From Anaerolineae bacterium (lineage in GTDB: Bacteria; Chloroflexota; Anaerolineae; Anaerolineales; E44-bin32), in contig BTQZ01000001.1 of assembly GCA_036986135.1 (NCBI GenBank), positions 171,857 to 235,856 of the forward strand: a DNA stretch of 64,000 nucleotides, written 5' to 3'. Of this stretch, positions 46,336-56,187 are shown piece by piece; positions within the stretch are counted from its first letter, which is position 1; every line of letters starts with the position of its first letter. A program made the position numbers and the translations under genes. The notes under the pieces are model-generated. The model made no database searches. It was not told the origin of the DNA and was given only the letters and a program-made list of their open reading frames with translations.

Positions 46336-47196
46336 ATGACCCAAGGACCCAGAGCTGTTGAACAAGTGATCGAGCCGCAAATGGTGATTGAAGGCGCCGG
46401 TGTGCTGCTGCGCCGCTCTTTCGGGCCCAGCAGGGAAAATCCTTTCGATCCATTCCTGCTGTTTGACCACTTTGCCTTTAACGATCCGATCGAGGGACCC
46501 TTGGTCGGCTTTCCCATGCATCCGCACCGGGGGATCGAGACCGTTACTTACATGCTGGAAGGCAACACACGCCATCGAGACAGCCTTGGGAATATGGGCG
46601 TCATCGGCCCGGGCGATGTGCAGTGGATGACGAGCGGGCGCGGCATAATGCATGAGGAGATGCCTAAGCGCGGACCGGAAGGCACGGTTTACGGTTTTCA
46701 ATTATGGGTCAATCTTCCGGCGGCAGAGAAAATGGGATCGCCACGCTACCAAGAGGTGAGCTCGGAGACGATTCCGACCGCAGGGCAGAACGGTGCAAAA
46801 GTGCGTGTGGTGGCGGGGAAATATGCCGGCGTGTCGGGACCCGTTACGGAAATTGCCGCACAGCCACAATATATGGATGTGACGTTGAAGGCAGGAGAGG
46901 AATTCTCGCTGCCGGTGCCGGGCGGCCATACCGTCGTTGCCTATGTCTTCGAAGGTCGAGGGCTCTTCGGGGATGGCGTGGATGAAATAGTTGAGGCGGT
47001 CCGAATGCTCGTATTTGGGGAGGGCGATCGGATCCTGGCTCGAGCGGCTCCGAACTCCCATGTCCGATTCATGCTCATAGCCGGCGCGCCCTTTGGTGAA
47101 CCGATTGTGCCCTACGGACCCTTTGTGATGAACACCGAAGATGAAATCATGCAGGCAGTGACGGACCTGCGAAACGGTACTTTTGTGCGGAATTGA
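46336..47196 (+). CDS. Pirin-family protein
   Basis: Motifs GFPMHPHRGIETVTYMLEG and QLWVNLP. Confidence 0.9.
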   Translation: MTQGPRAVEQVIEPQMVIEGAGVLLRRSFGPSRENPFDPFLLFDHFAFNDPIEGPLVGFPMHPHRGIETVTYMLEGNTRHRDSLGNMGVIGPGDVQWMTSGRGIMHEEMPKRGPEGTVYGFQLWVNLPAAEKMGSPRYQEVSSETIPTAGQNGAKVRVVAGKYAGVSGPVTEIAAQPQYMDVTLKAGEEFSLPVPGGHTVVAYVFEGRGLFGDGVDEIVEAVRMLVFGEGDRILARAAPNSHVRFMLIAGAPFGEPIVPYGPFVMNTEDEIMQAVTDLRNGTFVRN

Positions 47197-47479
47197 TGAC
47201 CTAGATCGAATCTCCCTTTAATTCCCAAACTAGCCTTAGCAGCAAGCTTCTCTAAGCCAGGTCTCCGCGAGATCGGAATCAATTCGTGTGGGCCCACAAG
47301 CCCAGTGGCGATGGTCGTCATTGCGCTTGCAGGCAGGGTGGCGACCATTGCGACAAGGTATATCCTTTCTTGATGATTGTCCGTGTGAGGCGGGAACCGC
47401 CGACTGATGAGATGGCGGCGGCAAAGAACCCTTCGAGGCCGTTCACGAGTGTAGATTCGCCAGTGCCTATAAAGTCGGA

Positions 47480-48580
47480 TTGCCTACTATGCGCCTAAGT
47501 TGGTCTCCGAATTGGACCAAGGGCTTGATGGCCTTTTCCTTTCTTGCTCTGGCGTTCGCCCTTGTAGGCGTTTTCGCCTCCTTTGTTGGATATCGTCCCC
47601 TCGACTGGCGCAATTACATCCTGGCTGCATCTCAGGTGCTTGAGGGAGGATCTCCCTATCGTTCGGTGGAATTCTTCGGCCCCCCATGGCTTGCCGTGGC
47701 TTTGATCCCCCTCGCACTCATACCCGCCAGTCTGTCCTCTGCCGCGTGGCTCCTGTTATTGGTTTCAGCCGTGTTTATTTCATCTGTCACTTGGACAAAG
47801 TTCGATGGCTATCCTTCAAAGCCTATAGCGCGGTTGTTGCTTTCTGCCGCCAGTGTTGCCTCACCGGTCGCGCTTTTTGTCTATATCACTGGCCAGATCA
47901 CACCGCTCGTGGAGCTCGCGCTCATTTGGCTGGCCATATACACCACGAGGGGCGGAAAACGACGGATTATCGTTGTGGCGATCGCCTCTTTCCTAGTTAC
48001 GTCGAAGCCTCACATCATCGGCTTTCCGATGGTTCTCGTGTTGCTAGAGGCAATGCGAAAAGGCTTGTGGAGAGTTCCAATCACGTTCCTGGCCACTGTC
48101 TTGGTCGCTGGAATTGGAGCCCTGCAGCTCCTTCCTTCCTGGCCCAGTGAGTGGCTCGCCGCTATCGTAGATGGTAGGTACCTTGGAGGACCTGGATTGG
48201 TGGCTCAAGGCTATTATGGACTTCGAGAAGCAGGAGTTCCAGAATCCTTGCTTGTTTTGCCCGCGATTTACACGTTCTTCTACTGGAGGCGGCATGGCTT
48301 GACCGCCGCGACCATTGCGCTGTCCCTTGCGAGTGGACTTATACTGATTCCGTATGCCCGAACGTACGACTATATTATTTTGTGGCCTTCTATCATCACG
48401 GCCTCGGGTCTGTGGCTGCAAAAAAGCCACCGAGTGATTCAGTTCGCGCCTATAGTAGTTTTCATGCTGCTCCCCCTATCAAGCCTCGCATTACTGCTAC
48501 CCGTCCTGACCATGGGTTTTCTCTTATTGCGCGTGTCGTTCGATAGGCGACCCACTGCCCTTTCTGTGAATTCCAGCTGA
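47480..48580 (+). CDS. Polytopic membrane protein, possibly a DUF2029/GT87-like glycosyltransferase
   Basis: 366 aa with about 10 hydrophobic segments. The family assignment is weak. Confidence 0.45.
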   Translation: MPTMRLSWSPNWTKGLMAFSFLALAFALVGVFASFVGYRPLDWRNYILAASQVLEGGSPYRSVEFFGPPWLAVALIPLALIPASLSSAAWLLLLVSAVFISSVTWTKFDGYPSKPIARLLLSAASVASPVALFVYITGQITPLVELALIWLAIYTTRGGKRRIIVVAIASFLVTSKPHIIGFPMVLVLLEAMRKGLWRVPITFLATVLVAGIGALQLLPSWPSEWLAAIVDGRYLGGPGLVAQGYYGLREAGVPESLLVLPAIYTFFYWRRHGLTAATIALSLASGLILIPYARTYDYIILWPSIITASGLWLQKSHRVIQFAPIVVFMLLPLSSLALLLPVLTMGFLLLRVSFDRRPTALSVNSS

Positions 48581-48689
48581 GAGGAGCGCCTGGTGGCATC
48601 TGATGTAGTTTTGGGCCTGCGCTTGCGAGCTCGCGTGAGTTCCTTCTGCGAGATGATTGCGATGCGCGCCCTTTCGATCTAGCGACAAG

Positions 48690-50258
48690 ATGCAAAGAAG
48701 AAGCCGCACTCTCGGCCTTGCCGCCATCGCCACCGTCCTCTTGGTGGGCGGCTACCTGGCCTACCGCGCGATTTCCGGCCAGGTGAACCTGGTTGGGATG
48801 CTCGCCAGAGGTGGTGCGGCCAATGTCAGCGTGCCGGAGGGTTTCGAAGTAAGCATCTTTGCCGAGGGGCTCCAAAGCCCTCGTTTCATCCGCTTCGATC
48901 CGCAAGGGAAGCTCTTTGTGGCGGAGCGCGGCGCGGATCGGATCGTGGTTCTGGAAGACAAGGACGGCGATGGTCGCTCCGATTCCCGGCAAGTATTCGC
49001 GGACAATTTGCCGAACCCCCACAGCCTGGTTTTTCACGAGGGTGCCTGGTACGTCGGAGTGCCAAGTGGGGTGGTAAGAATTACAGATTACGATAGCAAT
49101 GGCCGGGCAGATGAGCGGACATCGCTGATCGACGACTATCCGACCTCCGGCGCACACACTACGCGCACGGTTGAGTTTCTCAACGATGGGCGCATGGTGG
49201 TATCTGTCGGTTCGAGCTGCAACGTATGTGAAGAGCAGGACGCACGCCGCGCGGCCGTTCTGGTCTATGACAATGCTGCTGCAGAGGGGGAAAAGCTTTT
49301 TGCGACCGGTCTGCGAAACGCAGTAGGGCTGACACTCCATCCCGACACTGGAGAACTCTGGGCCACCAACAACGGCCGCGACTTGATGGGGGATGATCTC
49401 CCCCCTGAAAACATTTACGTCGTGAGAGAGGGAGCCGATTACGGTTGGCCAGGCTGCCACAGCGGCCGAATTCTCGACCCAGATTACGGCTACGAAGGAG
49501 CCTGCGACAACGTTGAAAAGCCGATCGCGGAGATGCAGGCCCACTCGGCGCCGCTCGGTCTGGTCTTCTATGAAGGGGATGCCTTTCCCGAGCCTTATCG
49601 AGACGACCTTTTTATTGCCTACCACGGGTCCTGGAATCGCAGCGTGCCGACCGGTTACAAGGTGGTTCGGCTGCCCTTCGAAGGATCTGAGCCCGGCTCG
49701 GAAGTCGTCGACTTCGCCACCGGTTGGCTTGAAGAGGATCTGGAGACAGTGACCGGCCGTCCAGTGGGGCTCGCCGTTGGCCCGGACGGGGCGCTCTATG
49801 TGAGCGACGATTCGGGAGGCTTCATTTATCGGATTGCTTATACGGGGGATGAGGATTTGGAGGCAGCTCAAATGCGCGGTTCTTCTGATGTTCTCGCGGT
49901 TCGTGTGGCCGGGGAGTCGAACGCGTACGAATTCTCGGTCGAGGTAGCCAGTCCGGACACCGGATGCGACCAATACGCCGATTGGTGGGAGGTCGTATCG
50001 GAAAATGGCGAATTAATCTATCGCCGCACGTTGCTTCACAGCCATGTCAACGAACAACCCTTCACAAGATCGGGAGGTCCTGTACCTATTGGGCCTGACG
50101 CTGTGGTGGTTGTCCGCGCACACATGTACCCTGGGGGCTACGGTGGAAGGGCTATGCGGGGAAGCGTTGCGAACGGCTTCGTAGCTTGGGATGCTGAGGC
50201 TGATTTTGCCGCAGGACTAGAGGAGGCTCCTCCTCAACCCCCCGATTGTAGCTTCTAG
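48690..50258 (+). CDS. PQQ-dependent sugar (sorbosone/glucose) dehydrogenase-like beta-propeller with an extra C-terminal domain of about 140 aa
   Basis: Start chosen at MQRRSRTLGLAAIATVLLVGG. Motifs GLRNAVGL, DYGWPGCH and PLGLVFY. The C-terminal region from about MRGSSDVLAVRV has no family I recognise. Confidence 0.75.
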   Translation: MQRRSRTLGLAAIATVLLVGGYLAYRAISGQVNLVGMLARGGAANVSVPEGFEVSIFAEGLQSPRFIRFDPQGKLFVAERGADRIVVLEDKDGDGRSDSRQVFADNLPNPHSLVFHEGAWYVGVPSGVVRITDYDSNGRADERTSLIDDYPTSGAHTTRTVEFLNDGRMVVSVGSSCNVCEEQDARRAAVLVYDNAAAEGEKLFATGLRNAVGLTLHPDTGELWATNNGRDLMGDDLPPENIYVVREGADYGWPGCHSGRILDPDYGYEGACDNVEKPIAEMQAHSAPLGLVFYEGDAFPEPYRDDLFIAYHGSWNRSVPTGYKVVRLPFEGSEPGSEVVDFATGWLEEDLETVTGRPVGLAVGPDGALYVSDDSGGFIYRIAYTGDEDLEAAQMRGSSDVLAVRVAGESNAYEFSVEVASPDTGCDQYADWWEVVSENGELIYRRTLLHSHVNEQPFTRSGGPVPIGPDAVVVVRAHMYPGGYGGRAMRGSVANGFVAWDAEADFAAGLEEAPPQPPDCSF

Positions 50259-50442
50259 CCAACGGTGCAACGGATCTGGCACCTACCCGGGCCGAACCCT
50301 CTACCGCACATTTCTATCGTGCTCACGCCATAGCCTCGCTTAGGTAGTCTTACATGTGCGGTGAAAGTCGATCACGATCTCACCCACTCCGTTAAATTAG
50401 CAGCTTTGAGATAAGATTTCTGCCACCGGGGAGAGACACTCG

Positions 50443-51417
50443 ATGGAGTATCGTCGTCTTGGAAACTCAGGCTTGAAGGTCAGCGCCTTGTCCTTTGGTG
50501 CATGGGTAACGTTCTCCAATCAGCTGGATGTGGGCCGGGCAGTCGAGATCATGGGTTCGGCCTACGACAATGGTGTTAATTTCTTCGACAATGCGGAAGT
50601 GTATGCCCACGGGGAAGCCGAGAGGATCATGGGTCGCGCGTTGGAGCAGCTTGCCTGGCCACGCGATAGCTATCTGGTTTCGAGCAAAGTGCGCTTTGGA
50701 AGTGTGCAGGATCCCAAGCCGACGCAGCTCGGGCTGAGCCGCAAACATGTTATTGAAGCCTGCGATCAGGCGCTGGAGCGACTGGGGGTAGATTACCTGG
50801 ATCTCTATCTTTGCCATCGGCCCGATTCGGAGGTTCCCATCAAAGAAACGGTGTGGGCGATGAGCGATCTCATTCAAATGGGAAAAGTCCACTATTGGGG
50901 AACATCGGAATGGCCAGCCGATGATCTCAGAGAAGCGCACGCATTGGCCAAGGAATGGAGACTCATCGCACCCACAACAGAACAAACAGAGTACAACCTG
51001 TTTCATCGTGAGCGAATCGAGGTGGAGTACTTGGACCTCTATAACAGCCTGGGCCTCGGCACGACGACCTTTTCACCGCTCGCTTCGGGCGTGTTGACCG
51101 GCAAATACAACCAGGGCATCCCGGAAGGTTCGCGCATGAAGCTCCCTGGCTATGAGTGGCTGCTCCGGTCGTTGAATAGTGAAGAAGGCCAGGCGCGCAT
51201 CGCTAAGGTCCGTGAGCTGGAGGCCGTTGCCGAAGAACTCGGGATAAGCATGGCTCAACTAGCCCTTGCATGGTGTCTTAGAAACCCGAACGTGAGCACC
51301 GTGATTACCGGCGCAACCACCTCGGATCAGGTCAAAGAGAATTTGGCAGCGCTGGAGGCCGTCACGTTGCTGACCGACGAAGTAATGGAGCGCATCGAGG
51401 GAGTTCTGGCGAGCTAG
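50443..51417 (+). CDS. Aldo/keto reductase (Kv-beta-like)
   Basis: 324 aa with LGNSGLKVS, FDNAEVY and LYLCHRPD. Confidence 0.9.
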   Translation: MEYRRLGNSGLKVSALSFGAWVTFSNQLDVGRAVEIMGSAYDNGVNFFDNAEVYAHGEAERIMGRALEQLAWPRDSYLVSSKVRFGSVQDPKPTQLGLSRKHVIEACDQALERLGVDYLDLYLCHRPDSEVPIKETVWAMSDLIQMGKVHYWGTSEWPADDLREAHALAKEWRLIAPTTEQTEYNLFHRERIEVEYLDLYNSLGLGTTTFSPLASGVLTGKYNQGIPEGSRMKLPGYEWLLRSLNSEEGQARIAKVRELEAVAEELGISMAQLALAWCLRNPNVSTVITGATTSDQVKENLAALEAVTLLTDEVMERIEGVLAS

Positions 51418-51454
51418 TGCCCGTAGTTGCGTTGATTCGGATAGGAGCTCTGAG

Positions 51455-52207
51455 ATCAAGGTAACAGTTTGCGAAACGAGCGATCCCTTGCAGGAGGCCG
51501 AGTGGACGCGGCTGGTTGAGCACGTGGCCCGCGAGCAAAGTGAATTGGTGCTGCTGCCTGAGATGCCGTTCTTCCCCTGGATCGCGGCCGCAAAACCCTT
51601 CGAAGTCGGAAAGTGGGAGGCCTCGGTCGAGGAACATGAGCGCTGGATGACGCGCCTGACCGATCTCGCTCCCGCCAATGTGCTCGCCTCGCGCCCCGTC
51701 GCCGAGCGGCGCAACGAGGGATTCGTCTGGGATTCAACGTCGGGCTACCTGCGCGTTCATGACAAGTACTACCTTCCGGACGAGGAGCGCTTCTGGGAGG
51801 CGACCTGGTACGAACGTGGAGAGGCGGATTTCACTGTAGTAGAGACAAAGGCCATCCAGGCAGGATTTTCCATCTGCACCGAGATTTGGTTCACGGAGCA
51901 CGCGCGAGATTACGCACGACAAGGAATTCACTTGCTCGCATGTCCGCGCGCAACAGAAAGCTCGACCGTGGGCAAATGGATCGCCGGCGGACGGGCGGCA
52001 GCCGTCATGGCTGGCGCCTTCTGCATATCCTCCAACAGAAGCGGAGAAGGCAGCGGAGTCCAATGGGGAGGTAGCGGCTGGATCATCGATCCGGACGGTG
52101 AGGTACTTGGATTGACCAGCAGCAAAGAACCCTTCGTCACCCTGGATTTGGACTTTGAGAAGGCCGAGGCGGCTAAGGAGACCTACCCTCGCTACGTTTC
52201 TGAGTAA
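51455..52207 (+). CDS. Carbon-nitrogen hydrolase family protein
   Basis: Contains LLPEM (Glu) and ICTEIWF (Cys). The first beta-strand, IKVTVCE, lies upstream of the first canonical start (TTG 51488). ATC at 51455 lies 7 nt after AGGAG. Confidence 0.7.
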   Translation: MKVTVCETSDPLQEAEWTRLVEHVAREQSELVLLPEMPFFPWIAAAKPFEVGKWEASVEEHERWMTRLTDLAPANVLASRPVAERRNEGFVWDSTSGYLRVHDKYYLPDEERFWEATWYERGEADFTVVETKAIQAGFSICTEIWFTEHARDYARQGIHLLACPRATESSTVGKWIAGGRAAAVMAGAFCISSNRSGEGSGVQWGGSGWIIDPDGEVLGLTSSKEPFVTLDLDFEKAEAAKETYPRYVSE

Positions 52208-52357
52208 GCATCCCTCGTACCATCCGAATAGGCGAAAAGAATCGTTTGCCGATTGAGCGTATTTGCTACGGACCTGGCTTGTAAATCGCGCCCTACGGCA
52301 AGCTGGTATGATCATTTCGAACTTCGTTAGTTGAGGCTGGGGAAGGAGACGAATCTG

Positions 52358-53032
52358 ATGAGCTGGAACGCATCGCTAACCACGGCACAAATCCAAACGG
52401 TTTTCGAAGAAGAGGTCAAATCGGCCGGCGGCAAGGTCACTGACACTTTCGATGACGGTACGTTACTGTTCACGCGAGCCGTGCTGCCCAAGAATGAGAA
52501 GGTGGCGCGCCGAGATCGTGTCGACAAAGGTGTTGCACTGAAGGCGGCCTGGGAGGACATTTGGGTGCATCCATACGTCTTCCGTCGCGTTTGCATCAAC
52601 GGAGCGATCGTGGCCCAAGCCGTGGCGACAAAGCACGTTGCGAACGCTGAACATATCAGCCCGATCGAGATGGAAATCGGCCTCCGAGAGTCGGTGCGCA
52701 TGTGCATTCAAGAGCAGGATTTCGAAGGCTATGCCGAGAAAATGAAGCGAGCCCGGGGCTTGTTCCCTGATCCACGCCTAACGCTCATGCCGCATCTGTC
52801 CATGCTGCCGGCCGATCAAGCGAGCGAGATCATCGAGGAGACGCACCGGCGCTTCGCAAAAGGCGCAGATGAATCTCGCTACGGCCTGATCAACGCGGTC
52901 ACGTCGCTAGCTCGCGATACTCGCAATCCTGAATTGCGATGGTCGCTGGAGACCATCGGAGGAGCGCTCATCGTCACCTCCACTCCAGCTCCTTCTGGCG
53001 CAGGATCTGGCAAGCTCGAGGTCGTGCGCTAA
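52358..53032 (+). CDS. DUF932-like hypothetical protein
   Basis: FRRVCINGAIV and GLINAVTSLARD resemble DUF932 motifs. It is shorter than typical family members. SD AAGGAG upstream. Confidence 0.4.
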   Translation: MSWNASLTTAQIQTVFEEEVKSAGGKVTDTFDDGTLLFTRAVLPKNEKVARRDRVDKGVALKAAWEDIWVHPYVFRRVCINGAIVAQAVATKHVANAEHISPIEMEIGLRESVRMCIQEQDFEGYAEKMKRARGLFPDPRLTLMPHLSMLPADQASEIIEETHRRFAKGADESRYGLINAVTSLARDTRNPELRWSLETIGGALIVTSTPAPSGAGSGKLEVVR

Positions 53033-53191
53033 GCAGCTGGGACTCTTATAACCAACCACCATATTAACTACGAGCGATTGAAATCACCCGCTATTACTTG
53101 ATCCTGGATTTGGCGCGCCGTCCAGAGGCGCGGGGGAGGCCCGTGGATTTCACTCGGTGGTGACAAAACGTCGCATGGGGAGGGGACTCGA

Positions 53192-53851
53192 ATGACCGAA
53201 GCCGTCGACCCGGCGATCGCTGTTCTGATCTTCGCCTCCGCAGTGGTCGCCATCCTCAGCAGCTACTTCGTCCGCAAACCGATCGTCTTCTACATTACCA
53301 AGCCGCTGACGACCACGCTTATTCTTGTGCCCGTCCTGGTCCTAGTGCCCGATTCGGGGGGCGCTTACATTCCGCTCATCGCGGGAGGCCTGGCGTTCGC
53401 ACTCCTTGGCGATATCCTGCTGATGCTGCCGGAGGAGCGGTTTGTGTTGGGGATCGCGAGTTTTGCGGTCACGCACGTGCTCTACCTTGCAGCCTTTATC
53501 GCGGCGGCCGGCGTCGCCTTGATAAACCCCTCCACCATTCCGCTAATCATCTTTGCGGTCCTCATGGCTCGCTTCCTCTGGCCCGGGGTACGGAAGTCGC
53601 TCCAAATCCCTGTCCTTGCATACGTCTTGCTCATCACCGTCATGACTGCGCAGGCAGTTGGCGCAGCTCTGGTGTCGGAGAGTACCGGACTTGCGATCGC
53701 CGCAGCGGGCGCGGTACTCTTCATTGCCTCTGACTCAATGTTGGCCGTCAATCGGTTTCGAATACCATTCCCGGCAGCTCGGTCTCTGGTGTTGTCCACC
53801 TACTGGCTGGGACAATGGCTGATCGCGCTTTCGACACGACTAGGCGCTTAG
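53192..53851 (+). CDS. YhhN-family (lysoplasmalogenase-like) membrane protein
   Basis: 219 aa, polytopic, with LGDILLML and FAVTHVLY. Confidence 0.7.
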   Translation: MTEAVDPAIAVLIFASAVVAILSSYFVRKPIVFYITKPLTTTLILVPVLVLVPDSGGAYIPLIAGGLAFALLGDILLMLPEERFVLGIASFAVTHVLYLAAFIAAAGVALINPSTIPLIIFAVLMARFLWPGVRKSLQIPVLAYVLLITVMTAQAVGAALVSESTGLAIAAAGAVLFIASDSMLAVNRFRIPFPAARSLVLSTYWLGQWLIALSTRLGA

Positions 53852-53942
53852 ATGATCAAGCAGACCGCAATTCGGCTGTGGAGGGAAGAACTGCCGTCGA
53901 ACGCTTGATTAAGCGCTCTGCTCATGATGAAATGCGAACTAG

Positions 53943-54971
53943 ATGGCAAGCTATGACGCGTTTCGCAACCTCCTGTTTCGGCTGGAACCTGAACGCGCCC
54001 ACCGCCTGACGCTGCAAATGCTAGCACTGGCGGGCGCCATCCCGGCGTTGAGGTCCGGCATGCGCCGGATCTTTTCATTCGAGGATCCGGCGCTCAGGGT
54101 ACGGGCATTTGGATTGGAGTTCGCGAATCCAGTGGGGTTAGCCGCCGGCTACGATAAGGACGGGCTGGCCATGCACGGGCTTGCCTGCCTTGGGTTCGGC
54201 CACCTCGAACTCGGGACGGTGACATCGGCGCCCCAGCAGGGGAATCCTCGACCGCGCCTCTTTCGTCTGGCGGAAGATCAGGCACTCATAAATCGAATGG
54301 GCTTCCCAAATCAAGGCGTTTCGCGGATGCTTGAAAGGCTCAAGAAACGGCCGGCCGGCATAGTGCTGGGGATCAACATTGGCAAATCGGCCGAGACGCC
54401 CATTCAAGAGGCGAGTCGGGATTACACGCGCTTGATGGAGCTCGTCTATGAGAGCGCCGACTACCTGGCAATAAACGTCTCTTCGCCCAACACGACTGGC
54501 CTTCGACAACTGCAGGGACGCCGATACCTCGAAGACCTTCTGAGTGATCTAGCCGGCACGCGCGCACGGCTCATTGCCGAGTCCGGGAAGAGCCGGCCGG
54601 TGCTGGTGAAGCTGGCTCCCGATCTGGACGATACCGGACTTGAGCAGGCGATTGAGGTCATCCAGGGAACCGGAATGGATGGGATCATCGTAGCCAATAC
54701 AACGACCTCGCGAGACGGGCTGCGCGCGCCATCGGTAGACGAATCTGGTGGCCTGAGCGGCTTGCCCCTGTTCCGTCGGTCCACCGATATGATCCGACAT
54801 GTACGCGCCAAAACTGGCGGAGGACTTCCGATCATCGGAGTCGGCGGTGTCTTTGGGCCGGAGCAGGCGCTAGAGAAACTGAACGCGGGCGCGACTCTGA
54901 TTCAAATGTATACCGGTCTTATCTACCGAGGACCTGGTCTGATTCGTGAGATTCTGGTCGCAGTCGGTTAG
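53943..54971 (+). CDS. pyrD: Dihydroorotate dehydrogenase (quinone), class 2
   Basis: Motifs NPVGLAAGYDKDG, GTVT..PQ.GNPRPRLFRL and NVSSPNT. Confidence 0.9.
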   Translation: MASYDAFRNLLFRLEPERAHRLTLQMLALAGAIPALRSGMRRIFSFEDPALRVRAFGLEFANPVGLAAGYDKDGLAMHGLACLGFGHLELGTVTSAPQQGNPRPRLFRLAEDQALINRMGFPNQGVSRMLERLKKRPAGIVLGINIGKSAETPIQEASRDYTRLMELVYESADYLAINVSSPNTTGLRQLQGRRYLEDLLSDLAGTRARLIAESGKSRPVLVKLAPDLDDTGLEQAIEVIQGTGMDGIIVANTTTSRDGLRAPSVDESGGLSGLPLFRRSTDMIRHVRAKTGGGLPIIGVGGVFGPEQALEKLNAGATLIQMYTGLIYRGPGLIREILVAVG

Positions 54972-54974
54972 GAT

Positions 54975-56045
54975 TTGGATATGAACAGGCAGCGAGCCAG
55001 TAGATCCATTGCTCTCCTCCTGCTCTTCTACATCGTAAATCTAGCCATCCAATTCCTGACGACGCCCGAACCGACAGTCGAGCCTCAGGCGCAAGCAGAA
55101 ACTTGGTACGGCTTGTACTTCACCAATCCAGAGGGGGCCTCCGCTTCATCCTTGAGGGGAGGGCCGGATGCGAAGCTTGCGGCCGCGATGGATGCCGCCG
55201 CCGAATCCATCGATGTAGCCGCCCAGGAAATCGACCTATGGAGCATCCGGGACGCGCTAATCAGGGCGCATGAGCGGGGACTCACGGTGCGAGTAGTCAC
55301 CGAGTCCGACTACGCGTCAAATCCCGAGATGCAGGCGCTGGCACTGCCGGGCATTCCCTTGCGGGAGGATGAGCGGCAGCCACTGATGCACAACAAATTC
55401 GTAGTCATTGACGGAGAAGAAGTCTGGACCGGATCTATGAACCTGACGGTCAATGGCGCCTATCGCAACAACAATAACTTGTTACGCATCCAATCCACCA
55501 TGCTTGCCGAGCAATACACAGAGGAATTCGAAGAGATGTTTATCGAGGATCGTTTCGGACCTCTATCGTGGCCTGATGTCCCCCAGGGCGGCGTCGAGGC
55601 GGAAGGAACCCAGATAGAGGCGCTCTTCTCACCGGACATGCGCGTAGGGGACCGTATTGTCGCCCTGCTCCAAGGCGCTGAAAAGAGCATCCATGTGATG
55701 GCCTTTAACCTGACGCTTGACACAATCGCAGACACAATCTTGCGTCGGGCCAGCGAGGGAATCGAGGTGCAGGGCCTGTTTGACGCCGGTCAGTCGCAGA
55801 ACCAGGGCAGCGATGTGGCACGTCTACAAGAATCCGGTCTCGATATCATGCTCGATGGCAACCCGCGCAAGATGCACCACAAGGTAATCATCGTGGATGG
55901 GAGCATTGTTATCACCGGCTCCTACAACTTTAGCCGCAACGCCGAAGAGAAGAATGACGAGAACGTGCTCATCATCTACAGCCCGGAGCTGGCCGAACAG
56001 TATTTAGAAGAATTCTCTCGCTTGCGGGAAATTGCCAGCAACTAG
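54975..56045 (+). CDS. Phospholipase D-family protein with two HKD motifs and an N-terminal anchor
   Basis: HNKFVVIDGEEVWTGSMN and HHKVIIVDGSIVITGSYN. Confidence 0.8.
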   Translation: MDMNRQRASRSIALLLLFYIVNLAIQFLTTPEPTVEPQAQAETWYGLYFTNPEGASASSLRGGPDAKLAAAMDAAAESIDVAAQEIDLWSIRDALIRAHERGLTVRVVTESDYASNPEMQALALPGIPLREDERQPLMHNKFVVIDGEEVWTGSMNLTVNGAYRNNNNLLRIQSTMLAEQYTEEFEEMFIEDRFGPLSWPDVPQGGVEAEGTQIEALFSPDMRVGDRIVALLQGAEKSIHVMAFNLTLDTIADTILRRASEGIEVQGLFDAGQSQNQGSDVARLQESGLDIMLDGNPRKMHHKVIIVDGSIVITGSYNFSRNAEEKNDENVLIIYSPELAEQYLEEFSRLREIASN

Positions 56046-56187
56046 AAGAACAAGCTGGCTCACCGATAGGTTTCGACCTCTTCGGTGCGTTGGACCACGG
56101 CCCTTCTCTCGTATCAGGGAGTGAGACTCTGATCGGTAGGTGAATCCAGGCGCGAAAGCGCGAGGGTCGGAGCTATCCGATTGCTGC

